Below, in pieces: positions 42,334 to 52,995 of a stretch of 64,000 bases of DNA. The translations under genes and the position numbers were made by a program. Every line of letters begins with the position of its first letter. The first letter of the stretch is position 1. Where the stretch lies: the NCBI GenBank assembly GCA_031426955.1, contig JASJPA010000001.1, positions 18,152 through 82,151 of the forward strand, written 5' to 3'. The DNA is from Sulfuricella sp. (GTDB taxonomy: Bacteria > Pseudomonadota > Gammaproteobacteria > Burkholderiales > Sulfuricellaceae). The notes below the pieces were generated by a model. The model ran no database searches, was not told where the DNA came from, and saw only the letters and a program-made list of their open reading frames with translations.

Positions 42334-42546
42334 ATGCCGAGTGTACGCGTCAAGGAAAATGAACCGTTCGATGTGGCCCTGCGCCGTTTCAAGCGCGCCG
42401 TGGAAAAAACCGGTCTGCTGACCGAACTGCGTGCCCGCGAGTTTTACGAGAAGCCCACCGCCGAGCGCAAGCGCAAGATGGCTGCTGCCGTCAAGCGCCA
42501 CTTCAAGCGCCTGCGCGGCCAGACGCTCCCCCCCAAGCTCTACTGA
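42334..42546 (+). CDS. rpsU: 30S ribosomal protein S21
   Basis: [14 protein letters not shown]...REFYEKP. Confidence 0.98.
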   Translation: MPSVRVKENEPFDVALRRFKRAVEKTGLLTELRAREFYEKPTAERKRKMAAAVKRHFKRLRGQTLPPKLY

Positions 42547-42549
42547 GCA

Positions 42550-42996
42550 ATGAGTCTCAGGCTTCAAATCGCCGAGGATATGAAATCGGCGATGCGTGCC
42601 AAGGATGTGTCACGCCTTTCGGCGATCCGGCTGCTCATGGCCGCGATCAAGCAGCGCGAGGTGGACGAGCGTATCGAGCTCTCCGATGATCAGGTGATCG
42701 CGGCGATCGAGAAAATGCTCAAGCAGCGGCGCGACTCCATTTCCCAGTTCGAATCCGCCGGACGGCAGGATCTGGCCGACACCGAGAAGTTCGAGGTGTC
42801 GGTGCTGCAGGGCTATATGCCGCAGCCCCTGACGGACGCCGAGGCCGAGGCGCTGGTTGTTGCCGCGATTGTTTCCTCCGGGGCCGCCGGCGTGAAGGAC
42901 ATGGGCAAGGTCATGGCGATCGTCAAGCCGCAAATGGCCGGACGTGCCGACATGGGCAAGGTGTCTGCCCTGATCAAAGCCAAGCTGGGCGGCTAA
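42550..42996 (+). CDS. GatB/YqeY-domain protein
   Basis: MKSAMRAKD, KQRRDSI, DMGKVM. Confidence 0.93.
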   Translation: MSLRLQIAEDMKSAMRAKDVSRLSAIRLLMAAIKQREVDERIELSDDQVIAAIEKMLKQRRDSISQFESAGRQDLADTEKFEVSVLQGYMPQPLTDAEAEALVVAAIVSSGAAGVKDMGKVMAIVKPQMAGRADMGKVSALIKAKLGG

Positions 42997-43088
42997 ACGC
43001 TTCATCTCCAAGGTTTCACCCGTCCGACTGTCGTTTCTGATTCCCGCATCAATGACGGGCGGTGCCGTTTCGGTTTAGCAGGGGGTTC

Positions 43089-44846
43089 ATGATTCCGCAG
43101 TCCTTCGTCCAGGATCTTCTCAATCGCCTGGATATCGTCGACGTGGTGGACCGCTACGTCCCGCTCAAGAAGGCGGGCGCGAACTACGTCGCCTGCTGTC
43201 CGTTTCACAGTGAAAAATCTCCTTCTTTTTCGGTTAGTCCCACCAAGCAGTTTTACCATTGCTTCGGCTGCGGCGCGCATGGCAGCGCCATCGGTTTTGT
43301 CATGGAGCATCAGGGGCTGGGCTTCGTCGAGGCGGTGGAGGAGTTGGCCAGAAGCGCCGGCCTGACGGTGCCGAAAGAGGAATCCGGGCGTTATGAGCAC
43401 AAGACGGGGGGCGATTTTGACGCCCTGTCCGAGGCCATGCAGCATGCGACCCATTATTATCGCGACGAACTGAAGCGCTCGGAAGTGGCGATCGCTTACC
43501 TGAAAAAGCGCGGCCTTTCCGGCGAAATCGCGGCGCGCTTCGGCATCGGTTATGCGCCGGGAGGCTGGCAAAACCTCGCCACGGTTTTTCCCGATTACCA
43601 GGCAAAGTCCCTGGTGCAGGCGGGGCTGGTGATCGAGGGCGACGGTAGGCGTTACGACCGTTTCCGCGATCGTATCATGTTTCCCATCCTCAACCAGAAG
43701 GGTGCGGTGATCGGCTTCGGCGGGCGGGTGCTGGAAACGGGAGAGCCCAAGTACCTGAATTCTCCGGAAACGCCGCTGTTTGAGAAGGGTCGGGAACTGT
43801 ACGGGCTGTTCCAGGCGCGCCAGGCGATCCGCGCCGCCGGCAAAGTGATCGTGGTGGAAGGTTACATGGACGTGGTGGCGCTGGCGCAGCACGGCGTTGA
43901 ATATGCGGTGGCGACGCTGGGCACCGCGACCACGCCGGTGCATGTGCAGAAGCTGCTACGCCAGAGCGATAACGTAGTGTTCTGTTTCGACGGCGACACG
44001 GCGGGGCGCAAGGCGGCGTGGCGCGCCCTGGAAAACAGCCTGGCGCTGGTGGGCGACGGAAAAAGCATCAAGTTCCTGTTCCTGCCCCAGGGCGAGGACC
44101 CCGACAGCTACGTGCGCAAGGAAGGGAAGGCGGCATTCGAGGCGTTGCTCGAAAGCGCGATGCCGATGTCGGAGTTCCTCCTGCGTGAACTGGCCGCCGG
44201 GGTGGACATGCAAACCATGGAAGGGCGGGCGCACTTTCTCAAGCTGGCGCAGCCCCTGGCGCAGCAGGTGGCTGCACCGGCGCTGCGTCTGATGCTGCAG
44301 CAGCGTCTGGCGGAATTGGCGGGAGTTTCGCGGAATGAACTAGAGGGACTGATCCCGGTCAAATCGACGGTAAAGCCCGCTGCTACGCGCCCCCGACCTT
44401 CCCGCAAGCCGCCCTCGCTGGCCAGAAAGCTGCTGCAGTTGCTGCTTTTCCAGCCCGAACTGGGGGCGGAGTTCGATATGGGCCTGCTGGGCGAAGGATC
44501 GGAAGAGCTGAAGACCTTGTCGGCACTGCTTGGTCTCGTCGCCGGCGGCCATTCACAGCCAATGACGACGGTGGCCGTATTGGAGCGTTTTCGTGGCACG
44601 TCTCATGAGGCTTTGTTGAGCGAGGTGTCGGGCGAGATTCTCCAGTGGGATGGGGAATTCGAGGTGGCTGAGGAGTTCGCCGGCGCGCTGGAGCAGTTGA
44701 AAAAATCCGGCCGTCAGCGGCGGATCGACGAGCTGCTTGCTCTCTCCCGTGTGCAGGGGCTGTCCCCGGAAGAGAAACAGGAGTTGCAGCGCTTGCTGCA
44801 GGGTGGCTCCGCTTCGACAAAAAGTGGCCAGTCCACCCAAAAGTAG
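43089..44846 (+). CDS. dnaG: DNA primase
   Basis: CPFH...CFGC zinc finger, KYLNSPET, VEGYMDV TOPRIM motif. Confidence 0.98.
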   Translation: MIPQSFVQDLLNRLDIVDVVDRYVPLKKAGANYVACCPFHSEKSPSFSVSPTKQFYHCFGCGAHGSAIGFVMEHQGLGFVEAVEELARSAGLTVPKEESGRYEHKTGGDFDALSEAMQHATHYYRDELKRSEVAIAYLKKRGLSGEIAARFGIGYAPGGWQNLATVFPDYQAKSLVQAGLVIEGDGRRYDRFRDRIMFPILNQKGAVIGFGGRVLETGEPKYLNSPETPLFEKGRELYGLFQARQAIRAAGKVIVVEGYMDVVALAQHGVEYAVATLGTATTPVHVQKLLRQSDNVVFCFDGDTAGRKAAWRALENSLALVGDGKSIKFLFLPQGEDPDSYVRKEGKAAFEALLESAMPMSEFLLRELAAGVDMQTMEGRAHFLKLAQPLAQQVAAPALRLMLQQRLAELAGVSRNELEGLIPVKSTVKPAATRPRPSRKPPSLARKLLQLLLFQPELGAEFDMGLLGEGSEELKTLSALLGLVAGGHSQPMTTVAVLERFRGTSHEALLSEVSGEILQWDGEFEVAEEFAGALEQLKKSGRQRRIDELLALSRVQGLSPEEKQELQRLLQGGSASTKSGQSTQK

Positions 44847-44898
44847 TATATAATTTAGCACTTTTTTGCAACGAAATCCTTTGCTGGAACAGAATGTT

Positions 44899-46785
<1,887 letters not shown>

Positions 46786-46814
46786 TCCAGGGATTGGCGT
46801 AGCATAGAGTTATT

Positions 46815-46891
46815 GGGCCTGTAGCTCAGTTGGTTAGAGCAGAGGACTCATAATCCTTTGGTCCACGGTTCAAGTCCGTGCGGGCCCACCA
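46815..46891 (+). tRNA. tRNA-Ile2 (CAT anticodon, lysidine type); automated tools may call it Met
   Basis: 77 nt cloverleaf; GGGCCTG/CGGGCCC acceptor stem, CT-CAT-AA loop, GGTTCAAGTCC T-arm, encoded CCA; position after rpoD. Confidence 0.92.
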
Positions 46892-46895
46892 AAAT

Positions 46896-46933
46896 AACGG
46901 CTTAGAGCTAACGCTCTAGGCCGTTTTTCTTTT
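46896..46933 (+). terminator. Intrinsic terminator after the tRNA
   Basis: 13-bp stem aacggcttagagc/gctctaggccgtt followed by a T-run. Confidence 0.8.
46907..46927 (+). repeat. 21-bp direct repeat, copy 1
   Basis: GCTAACGCTCTAGGCCGTTTT, identical to 48686-48706. Confidence 0.9.
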
Positions 46934-47172
46934 CCGCCGGTTCTGGTGTCTATTCAGTACCAGTTGGGTCGGATGTAAATTTATAAGCCGCAGGCTGGCT
47001 TTTTTCAATCCATGCCAGGCACAAACCTGCCCCATCGGCTTGCCAGGAAGGTCGTGGCTGCGTTTACAGGGGGTCGAAGGAGTTATAGATACCCAATCGC
47101 GCCGGCGGCGGATTACGGGACGGCGAATGAAGCGTGGATGTGGGCGGGTTATAAGTTGGGCTCGTACGTTCG

Positions 47173-47601
47173 TCAGTCCGTCTTGTCGGTCGGTTTTGGC
47201 CGCAGGATGGAAAGCCCGAGCATGAGTTGTCCATAGGGTTGGCGACCGGTAATCCAAGCCACAGCCTCGCGGATGGCGCCGTAGAGCACGCTATGGGCTG
47301 TAATCATTACACCGTGGGCAGCTTCCTCTGGTGACAGGGATTTATCGACAATAAACATGCCGACGCACTCCATATCAATCATGTATGGGGTATTCTTGTC
47401 GCCGCCCGAGTTTAATACTGACTGCATGGTCGCTATGTAGCGCCTTGGCTCCTCTTCTTCCTCGACGGCGGCCACATCAATCTTATTTTCCGGTGCAATT
47501 GAGAGTGTGCCATCGTCAGGCTTGTGATCGGGGATAGCGACTACGATGGATCGGGTAAAGAACACCCTGTCCAGAACGATGGGGTGGATTGGATGTTCCA
47601 T
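47173..47601 (-). CDS. SecB-like chaperone (TAC chaperone candidate)
   Basis: SecB-like PIVLDRVFF strand, YMIDMECVGMF, LYGAIREAVAWITGRQPYGQLML; SD GAGGA, 9 nt after the antitoxin. Confidence 0.75.
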   Translation of the reverse strand: MEHPIHPIVLDRVFFTRSIVVAIPDHKPDDGTLSIAPENKIDVAAVEEEEEPRRYIATMQSVLNSGGDKNTPYMIDMECVGMFIVDKSLSPEEAAHGVMITAHSVLYGAIREAVAWITGRQPYGQLMLGLSILRPKPTDKTD

Positions 47602-47610
47602 AATTCCTCG

Positions 47611-48024
47611 TCAGGCTGCGATCTTGTTGTCTTTGTCCTGAGCATAATTACTCAAAGACACGACTGGCGCGGTTCGGATGTATGGTTGATTGGCCGCTTC
47701 ATGTGTGTGCGCTGCCATGGCGGCGTTAATCCAGCGCTTGGCGTCAGCCTGCTCGTCAACGATCTGAATGTTGACCCGGCCGCCTGTGGATCGCGCCAGC
47801 TTTACCATGGATTCGATGGTCAAGTTGGCATCACCGCGGAACACCTTGGTGATGTATGCTGCGCTGGTGCCAATCTTTTTTGCAATGGCGGCATAGGTCA
47901 TGCCGGCGCCCCGGCGCTGGTTTTCCAGCGCCATGGAAAAGTCGAGCTTGGCCCGTTCAATCCAGTAGGTATCGTTACCCTTCGCCAGTTCGGCAAATTT
48001 CTGCAATGCCTTGCTAAGTCCCAT
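47611..48024 (-). CDS. HigA-like XRE HTH antitoxin with a ~45-aa C-terminal extension
   Basis: GMTYAAIAKKIGTSAAYITKVFRGDANLTIESMVKLA HTH; overlaps the toxin stop by 11 nt. Confidence 0.85.
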   Translation of the reverse strand: MGLSKALQKFAELAKGNDTYWIERAKLDFSMALENQRRGAGMTYAAIAKKIGTSAAYITKVFRGDANLTIESMVKLARSTGGRVNIQIVDEQADAKRWINAAMAAHTHEAANQPYIRTAPVVSLSNYAQDKDNKIAA

Positions 48025-48427
48025 CTTCGTTCACCGTAGTCAATGTGTCGTTTTTCAACGCTTCGTAATAATCGTCACGCCACTTGGCGGCTTTCTTAAT
48101 CGCAGCCGGGTCAGCCTTGTTGCCTGATTTTATGATCCCGGTCGTACACACCGCAATCTGCCCATTCTTGCCCTTGAAGAAGAACAGCCGCAACGGACCC
48201 TTGATGAATTCGTAAATCTTGAGATTCTTGTTCGCTTCATGAACCCAGGCATGCGGTACATTCTGCAACCCATTCTCCGCAATCGTGCCCAACATGTGCA
48301 TCAAGCCGTATCGCACGGCCTCGGTGGATTCCTCGCCATGCAGCAAAAAACTTTCCGCCGGACATTCGTCCCCGTCCATAACGGCGACAATCTCAAAACG
48401 GTGGGCCACCAGTCGTTTCAGCTTCAA
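48014..48427 (-). CDS. HigB/RelE (Gp49-like) toxin
   Basis: RelE-type pattern IYEFIKGPLRLFFF...VCTTGIIKSGNKADPAAIKKA; toxin-first order. Confidence 0.75.
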   Translation of the reverse strand: MKLKRLVAHRFEIVAVMDGDECPAESFLLHGEESTEAVRYGLMHMLGTIAENGLQNVPHAWVHEANKNLKIYEFIKGPLRLFFFKGKNGQIAVCTTGIIKSGNKADPAAIKKAAKWRDDYYEALKNDTLTTVNEDGT

Positions 48428-48455
48428 AGTTTAACCTATAGGTTAATTATGTCAA
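48428..48455 (-). promoter_or_regulatory. Promoter and operator of the TAC operon
   Basis: Minus strand TTGACA(48455-48450)-N16-TAAACT(48433-48428); perfect palindrome TTAACCTATAGGTTAA at 48431-48446. Confidence 0.75.
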
Positions 48456-48685
48456 GGTAGATTGCTGGTGCTAGGCGTTTCTTGTCCGGCACATCCGCCG
48501 CTCTTTCCGGCCGGCAGTTATCGTTTGCCACGCCATATAATACAGCGCATCAGCCGAACCTTGTGCTGCTGGTTTGAATAATCCGGGACGGTAACCGTGT
48601 CACCAAAGAGCAGTTGACCTGTTGCCACTCACCCGCGCCTGCGGACGATAGGGCGAAGCATGAAGCGCGGACGTTGGCTGAAAGC

Positions 48686-48706
48686 GCTAACGCTCTAGGC
48701 CGTTTT
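48686..48706 (+). repeat. 21-bp direct repeat, copy 2
   Basis: Identical to 46907-46927; 30 bp from the integrase stop. Confidence 0.9.
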
Positions 48707-48736
48707 CTACAAATCGCGCTTGTTTTTCTACAATTC

Positions 48737-48964
48737 TCATTTCAGCGGCTTAACCTTCTCGCCCATTTTGTTCCTGGTGTAGTGCTCAGTCATGCCGCGA
48801 TTTTTGTGCCCCAAAAGCTTCTGTGCATGTGCAAGGTCGTCTGTGTCGGTGGCGGCTTTTGCACGGATATCGCGGAATTGAAAATTGACCTTGGCGAGTT
48901 CCCGCGCCTTGTCAAAACGAGAGCGCAAAGCGCAATAGGTGAGACGGTGCCCCTTGGTCTTCAT
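48737..48964 (-). pseudogene. C-terminal fragment of a phage-type tyrosine integrase
   Basis: FQFRDIRAKAATD and AQKLLGH...MTEHY catalytic motifs; in-frame TAG six codons upstream, N-terminal part missing. Confidence 0.88.
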
Positions 48965-49032
48965 TGAGGACTCTTGATTCTAGCCGAGTCGGCCTGATTC
49001 TCCCAGTAACATACTCGGGATTGAATCGCTCC

Positions 49033-50502
49033 ATGAAAAAGCTGGATCAGCTGGATTTTCAGAATACCTTTGCGCGCCTGCCGGATACTTTCCACCGCCG
49101 CTTGCACCCCACGCCTCTGCCCGAGCCTTACCTGGTCAGCTTCAACGCGAATGCGGCGGAATTGATCGATCTGGATGCGGACGAAGCGAAGCGCGCCGAC
49201 TTTGCCGAGTATTTCATCGGCAACCGTTTGCTGCCCGGCAGCGACCCGCTGGCGATGCTCTATGCCGGGCACCAGTTTGGCCATTTCGTGCCGCAGCTGG
49301 GCGATGGCAGGGCGATATTGCTGGGTGAAATCAAGAATCGTGCCGGGGAGCACTGGGATCTTCAACTGAAGGGGACAGGGGCCACGCCGTTTTCACGCAG
49401 TGGCGATGGCCGAGCCGTGCTGCGTTCCAGCATCCGCGAATACCTGTGCTCGGAGGCCATGCATGGCCTGGGCATTCCCACCACGCGCGCCTTGTGCATA
49501 GTCGGCAGCGACGAGGAGGTTTGGCGCGAGAGCGTTGAAAGTGCCGCGGTGGTTACGCGCATCGCCCCTTCTCACGTGCGCTTCGGTTCGTTCGAGGTGT
49601 TTTTCTACCGGGACCAGCCTGAGCCGATCTCCCTGCTTGCCGATTATGTGATCGCCAGGCATTTCCCCGAGCTGGCCGATGCGCCTGACAAATATCCGCG
49701 CTTCCTGAACGAAGTGGTCACGCGCACCGCCAGGCTGATGGCCAAGTGGCAGGCGGTCGGCTTCTCGCATGGGGTGATGAACACCGACAACATGTCCATC
49801 CTCGGTTTGACTTTCGACTATGGCCCATTCGGCTTCATGGATGCCTACAATCCGGGTTACGTCTGCAACCATTCCGACCATGGCGGGCGCTACGCCTTTG
49901 ACCGTCAGCCGCAAATCGGGCTGTGGAACCTGACCTGCCTGGCGCAGGCCTTGACGCCGATTGTTCCGGTGGAGGAAGCAAGAGCGGTGCTGGGCAACTA
50001 TGGCCCGGCTTATGCCGAGCACTATGTGGACTTGATGAGCCAGAAGCTGGGGCTGGCTCACACGGGCAAAGAAGATGTTGCACTGATCGAGGCGCTGCTG
50101 GGGCTGATGCACGCAAACCAGGTGGACTATACCAATCTGTTCCGCAGCCTGGGCGATTTCAGATCCGCACCGGGCGAGCAGAACAGCGTGGTGCGCGATC
50201 AATTCATCGACCGTCCGGCGTTCGATGCCTGGGCCGAAACTTATCGCACCCGTTTGCAAAGTGAGCCGGGCTCGGACGGGGAGCGCAAGGTGCGCATGGA
50301 CAGGGCCAATCCCAAGTACATTCTGCGCAATTATCTGGCGCAGGTCGCAATCGGCAAGGCTGAGAAGGAGCGCGACTTTTCGGAAGTGGATCGCTTGCTG
50401 AAATTGCTTGGCCGCCCCTTTGACGAGCAGCCGGAGATGGCCGATTATGCCGCCCCGCCGCCGGACTGGGCGCAGCATATCTCGGTGAGCTGCTCGTCGT
50501 GA
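49033..50502 (+). CDS. selO: SelO/YdiU pseudokinase AMPylase
   Basis: YAGHQFG..VPQLGDGRA, LQLKGTG.TPFSR.GDGRA, HGVMNTDN, C-terminal SCSS. Confidence 0.96.
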   Translation: MKKLDQLDFQNTFARLPDTFHRRLHPTPLPEPYLVSFNANAAELIDLDADEAKRADFAEYFIGNRLLPGSDPLAMLYAGHQFGHFVPQLGDGRAILLGEIKNRAGEHWDLQLKGTGATPFSRSGDGRAVLRSSIREYLCSEAMHGLGIPTTRALCIVGSDEEVWRESVESAAVVTRIAPSHVRFGSFEVFFYRDQPEPISLLADYVIARHFPELADAPDKYPRFLNEVVTRTARLMAKWQAVGFSHGVMNTDNMSILGLTFDYGPFGFMDAYNPGYVCNHSDHGGRYAFDRQPQIGLWNLTCLAQALTPIVPVEEARAVLGNYGPAYAEHYVDLMSQKLGLAHTGKEDVALIEALLGLMHANQVDYTNLFRSLGDFRSAPGEQNSVVRDQFIDRPAFDAWAETYRTRLQSEPGSDGERKVRMDRANPKYILRNYLAQVAIGKAEKERDFSEVDRLLKLLGRPFDEQPEMADYAAPPPDWAQHISVSCSS

Positions 50503-50589
50503 AGGGTTCCTGGTTTCAGGTTTTGATGGTAATGGATTTGGACGGGCATGGCGCGAATTTTACATGCGAATTTCGGCGTAAAATAAACC

Positions 50590-51483
50590 ATGGCAAATGA
50601 AGCGATGTGGCAGGCGATCGGCAAGGCAATCCGGGTTGCAACGGGGGAAGATTTTGCCGTCCGGAAATGCCGCGCCATCGGCGGCGGATGCATCAATTCG
50701 ACGTATTCGGTCGAGGACGGTGCGCTCCGCTTCTTCGTCAAGGTTAACCGCGTGTCTGGTCTGGCCATGTTTGAAGCGGAGGCCGACGGGTTGCGTGAAA
50801 TCGCGGGAGCCGGCGTTATCCGCGTTCCCCATCCGGTGTGTGCCGGAGTCGCCGAAGATTCGGCATTTCTGGTGCTTGAGGTTATTGATTTCAGTTCCGG
50901 CAGGAGGGGGCGGGCAGAAGATCTGGGGCGCCGGCTGGCCGACATGCACCGGGCAAGTGCGACACAGTACGGCTGGCGGCGCGACAACACGATCGGCTCC
51001 ACCCCCCAGGTCAACACGCCTGCCGACAACTGGCCGGAGTTCTGGCGTGACCGGAGGATCGGGCGCCAGCTGGCGCTGGCGGCAAGCATCGGTTACGGCG
51101 GTGCACTGCAACGCAAGGGGGAGCGTTTGCTGGCGAGGCTGGACGGGTTTTTTGCCGGCTATGCACCGTTGCCCTCCTTGTTGCACGGCGATCTGTGGGG
51201 CGGAAATTATGCTTACGCCGCTACCGGTGAGCCGGTTATTTTCGATCCGGCGGTCTACTATGGCGACAGGGAAACTGATCTGGCGATGACAGAATTATTC
51301 GGAGGGTTCCCCGAGGCATTCCATGCGGCCTACCGCGAGGCGTTCCCTCTCGATTCCGGCTACCCCATGCGAAAGGCGTTATACAATCTGTACCACATAC
51401 TCAATCACCTGAATATGTTTGGCGAAGGCTATCTTGGGCAAGCAGAAGGGATGATCGAAAAGCTGTTGAGCGAGGCAGAATAG
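50590..51483 (+). CDS. Fructosamine/ketosamine-3-kinase family protein
   Basis: MFEAEADGL, DNTIGSTPQ, LLHGDLWGGN, FDPAVYYGDRETDLAM. Confidence 0.92.
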   Translation: MANEAMWQAIGKAIRVATGEDFAVRKCRAIGGGCINSTYSVEDGALRFFVKVNRVSGLAMFEAEADGLREIAGAGVIRVPHPVCAGVAEDSAFLVLEVIDFSSGRRGRAEDLGRRLADMHRASATQYGWRRDNTIGSTPQVNTPADNWPEFWRDRRIGRQLALAASIGYGGALQRKGERLLARLDGFFAGYAPLPSLLHGDLWGGNYAYAATGEPVIFDPAVYYGDRETDLAMTELFGGFPEAFHAAYREAFPLDSGYPMRKALYNLYHILNHLNMFGEGYLGQAEGMIEKLLSEAE

Positions 51484-51543
51484 CTTTGCGCCAAAAATGA
51501 TTGCCTTTGGTTTGATCGGCAATTGGTAATATGCTAATTTACC

Positions 51544-51559
51544 TAGTACATTTGTACTA
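51544..51559. promoter_or_regulatory. Candidate regulator operator upstream of the sox genes
   Basis: Perfect TAGTACA-tt-TGTACTA inverted repeat in an AT-rich intergenic region. Confidence 0.5.
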
Positions 51560-51706
51560 ACTATCGGAAATAAAACAAAAAATTTCAAAAAAAGCTTGCT
51601 TTGACCAAGGTAAATTCAGTATGCTTGTTTTACACAAACAGCAAATTTTTCCAGGGTAAAGTGGATGCCTTCGGAGAATGCTCGACAAAACGGAGAAGGA
51701 GGAGTG

Positions 51707-52066
51707 ATGCGGAAAATATCGACACTTTTGTTTGCGCTGATCGCCGGCTTGGGTATCGCGAACCTGTCCATGGCAGCCGAAGTTGCCAAGGAGCCCGCTG
51801 GACGGACGGTCTTGTTCAACAAGGCGAAGGGCAATTGCCTCGCCTGCCATGCGATCCCCAATGATCCGAAGGCCTTGTCGCCTGGTAACATAGCGCCACC
51901 CTTCGTCATGATGAAGGAGCGCTTTCCCGACCGGAACAAGCTGCGTGCCCAGGTTTGGGATTCCACGGTAGCCAATCCAAAAACTTCGATGCCGCCTTTC
52001 GGAAAGCACCAGATTCTGACTGAGCAGGAAATTGATCAGGTCGTTGAATATATACTTAGCCTTTAA
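51707..52066 (+). CDS. soxX: Sulfur-oxidation c-type cytochrome SoxX
   Basis: Signal peptide, KGNCLACH heme motif, GNIAPP, SMPPFG. Confidence 0.95.
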   Translation: MRKISTLLFALIAGLGIANLSMAAEVAKEPAGRTVLFNKAKGNCLACHAIPNDPKALSPGNIAPPFVMMKERFPDRNKLRAQVWDSTVANPKTSMPPFGKHQILTEQEIDQVVEYILSL

Positions 52067-52089
52067 CTTTTTTATTCGGAGATCGAAAG

Positions 52090-52560
52090 ATGAATCACTT
52101 GCGTAGAACTTTTTTGAAGAGTACCGGTGCTGCCGGGACGGTGGCGGTCGCCATCGCCGCGGGCCTGCTCAGGCCTGGTCAGGTATTGGCAGCGGAATGG
52201 AACAAGGTGGCATTTGATGCCACGACCACGGCGGATGCGATGAAGGGTTTGAATGTTACTGGCGCCACCGAGAGCAAGGATATCCTGATCAAGGCGCCGG
52301 ATATTGCCGAGAATGGCGCGGTGGTTCCGGTGGAAGTGACCAGCAAGATTCCAGGCACCACTTCCATCATGATCTTTGTAGACAAGAACCAGAATCCCTT
52401 GATCGCTGATTTCGAGTTTTCCAATGGTGCTGAAGGATACGTTTCCACGCGCATCAAGATGGCCAACACTTCCCACGTCAGGGTGGCAGTGAAAGCCGGC
52501 GGCAAGGCATACACCGCCACCAAGGAAGTCAAGGTGACGATCGGCGGCTGCGGCGGCTGA
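52090..52560 (+). CDS. soxY: Sulfur carrier SoxY
   Basis: Tat RRTFLK; IAENGAVVP; C-terminal VTIGGCGG. Confidence 0.98.
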   Translation: MNHLRRTFLKSTGAAGTVAVAIAAGLLRPGQVLAAEWNKVAFDATTTADAMKGLNVTGATESKDILIKAPDIAENGAVVPVEVTSKIPGTTSIMIFVDKNQNPLIADFEFSNGAEGYVSTRIKMANTSHVRVAVKAGGKAYTATKEVKVTIGGCGG

Positions 52561-52610
52561 TCGGCATTGAATGGATTTGAATATTCACTTTATTTGACAA
52601 GGATACGAAC

Positions 52611-52925
52611 ATGGCTGAAGGAATGAAAATTCGCGCGACGCTGCAAGGCGATGTCGCCGATGTGAAAGCGCTGATGAATCACATCATGGAGACCGGCTTG
52701 CGCAAGGACGCCAAAACCGGGCAATTGATTCCTGCCCACTTCATCAATCACGTCGTTGCTACCCTGAACGGCAAGACCGTGCTGGAAGCGCAGTGGGGTG
52801 CGGCAATTGCCAAGAATCCCTTTCTGGGCTTCAAGATCAAGGGCGCCAAGGCCGGCGACAAAATCGTGATTAATGCGGTGGACAACAAAGGCGAAAAAAT
52901 GAGCGGCGAAGCGAGTATTGCCTGA
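52611..52925 (+). CDS. soxZ: Sulfur carrier SoxZ
   Basis: HIMETGLRKD...IPAHFI, KNPF. Confidence 0.97.
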   Translation: MAEGMKIRATLQGDVADVKALMNHIMETGLRKDAKTGQLIPAHFINHVVATLNGKTVLEAQWGAAIAKNPFLGFKIKGAKAGDKIVINAVDNKGEKMSGEASIA

Positions 52926-52932
52926 TCAAGCC

Positions 52933-52957
52933 TGGCCGGATGCTTCTTGTCCGGCCA
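52933..52957. other. Intergenic hairpin between soxZ and soxA
   Basis: tggccgga/tccggcca 8-bp stem. Confidence 0.4.
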
Positions 52958-52995
52958 ATTTCACACAAAAAATTATAACGATTTCTGCGAAAGGA

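Larger units (their letters stand above)
46892..48990. mobile_element. Remnant of a tRNA-targeted integrative element (TAC cargo plus integrase stump)
   Basis: Adjoins the tRNA 3' end; AT-richer than flanks; contains an integrase fragment and a direct repeat; right end not identifiable. Confidence 0.7.

Noticed and set aside
46815-46891. tRNA-Met or initiator tRNA call
   Set aside because: Lacks the initiator C1:A72 mismatch and GGG/CCC anticodon stem; sequence and position fit Ile2, although tRNAscan-SE isotype models would be decisive
46916-47257. ORFs 46916-47257(-), 47012-47236(+) and 47040-47225(+) as a fourth TAC gene
   Set aside because: Mutually overlapping, overlap the SecB-like gene, no SD or motif
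48614-48967. ORF 48614-48967(+), and an attC-like site near 48620-48680
   Set aside because: The ORF is antisense to the integrase fragment; no convincing R/L box pairing for attC
50488-50502. Selenocysteine read-through at the SelO TGA
   Set aside because: The position equivalent to Sec in eukaryotic SelO is already Cys (SCSS); the TGA follows the natural C-terminus
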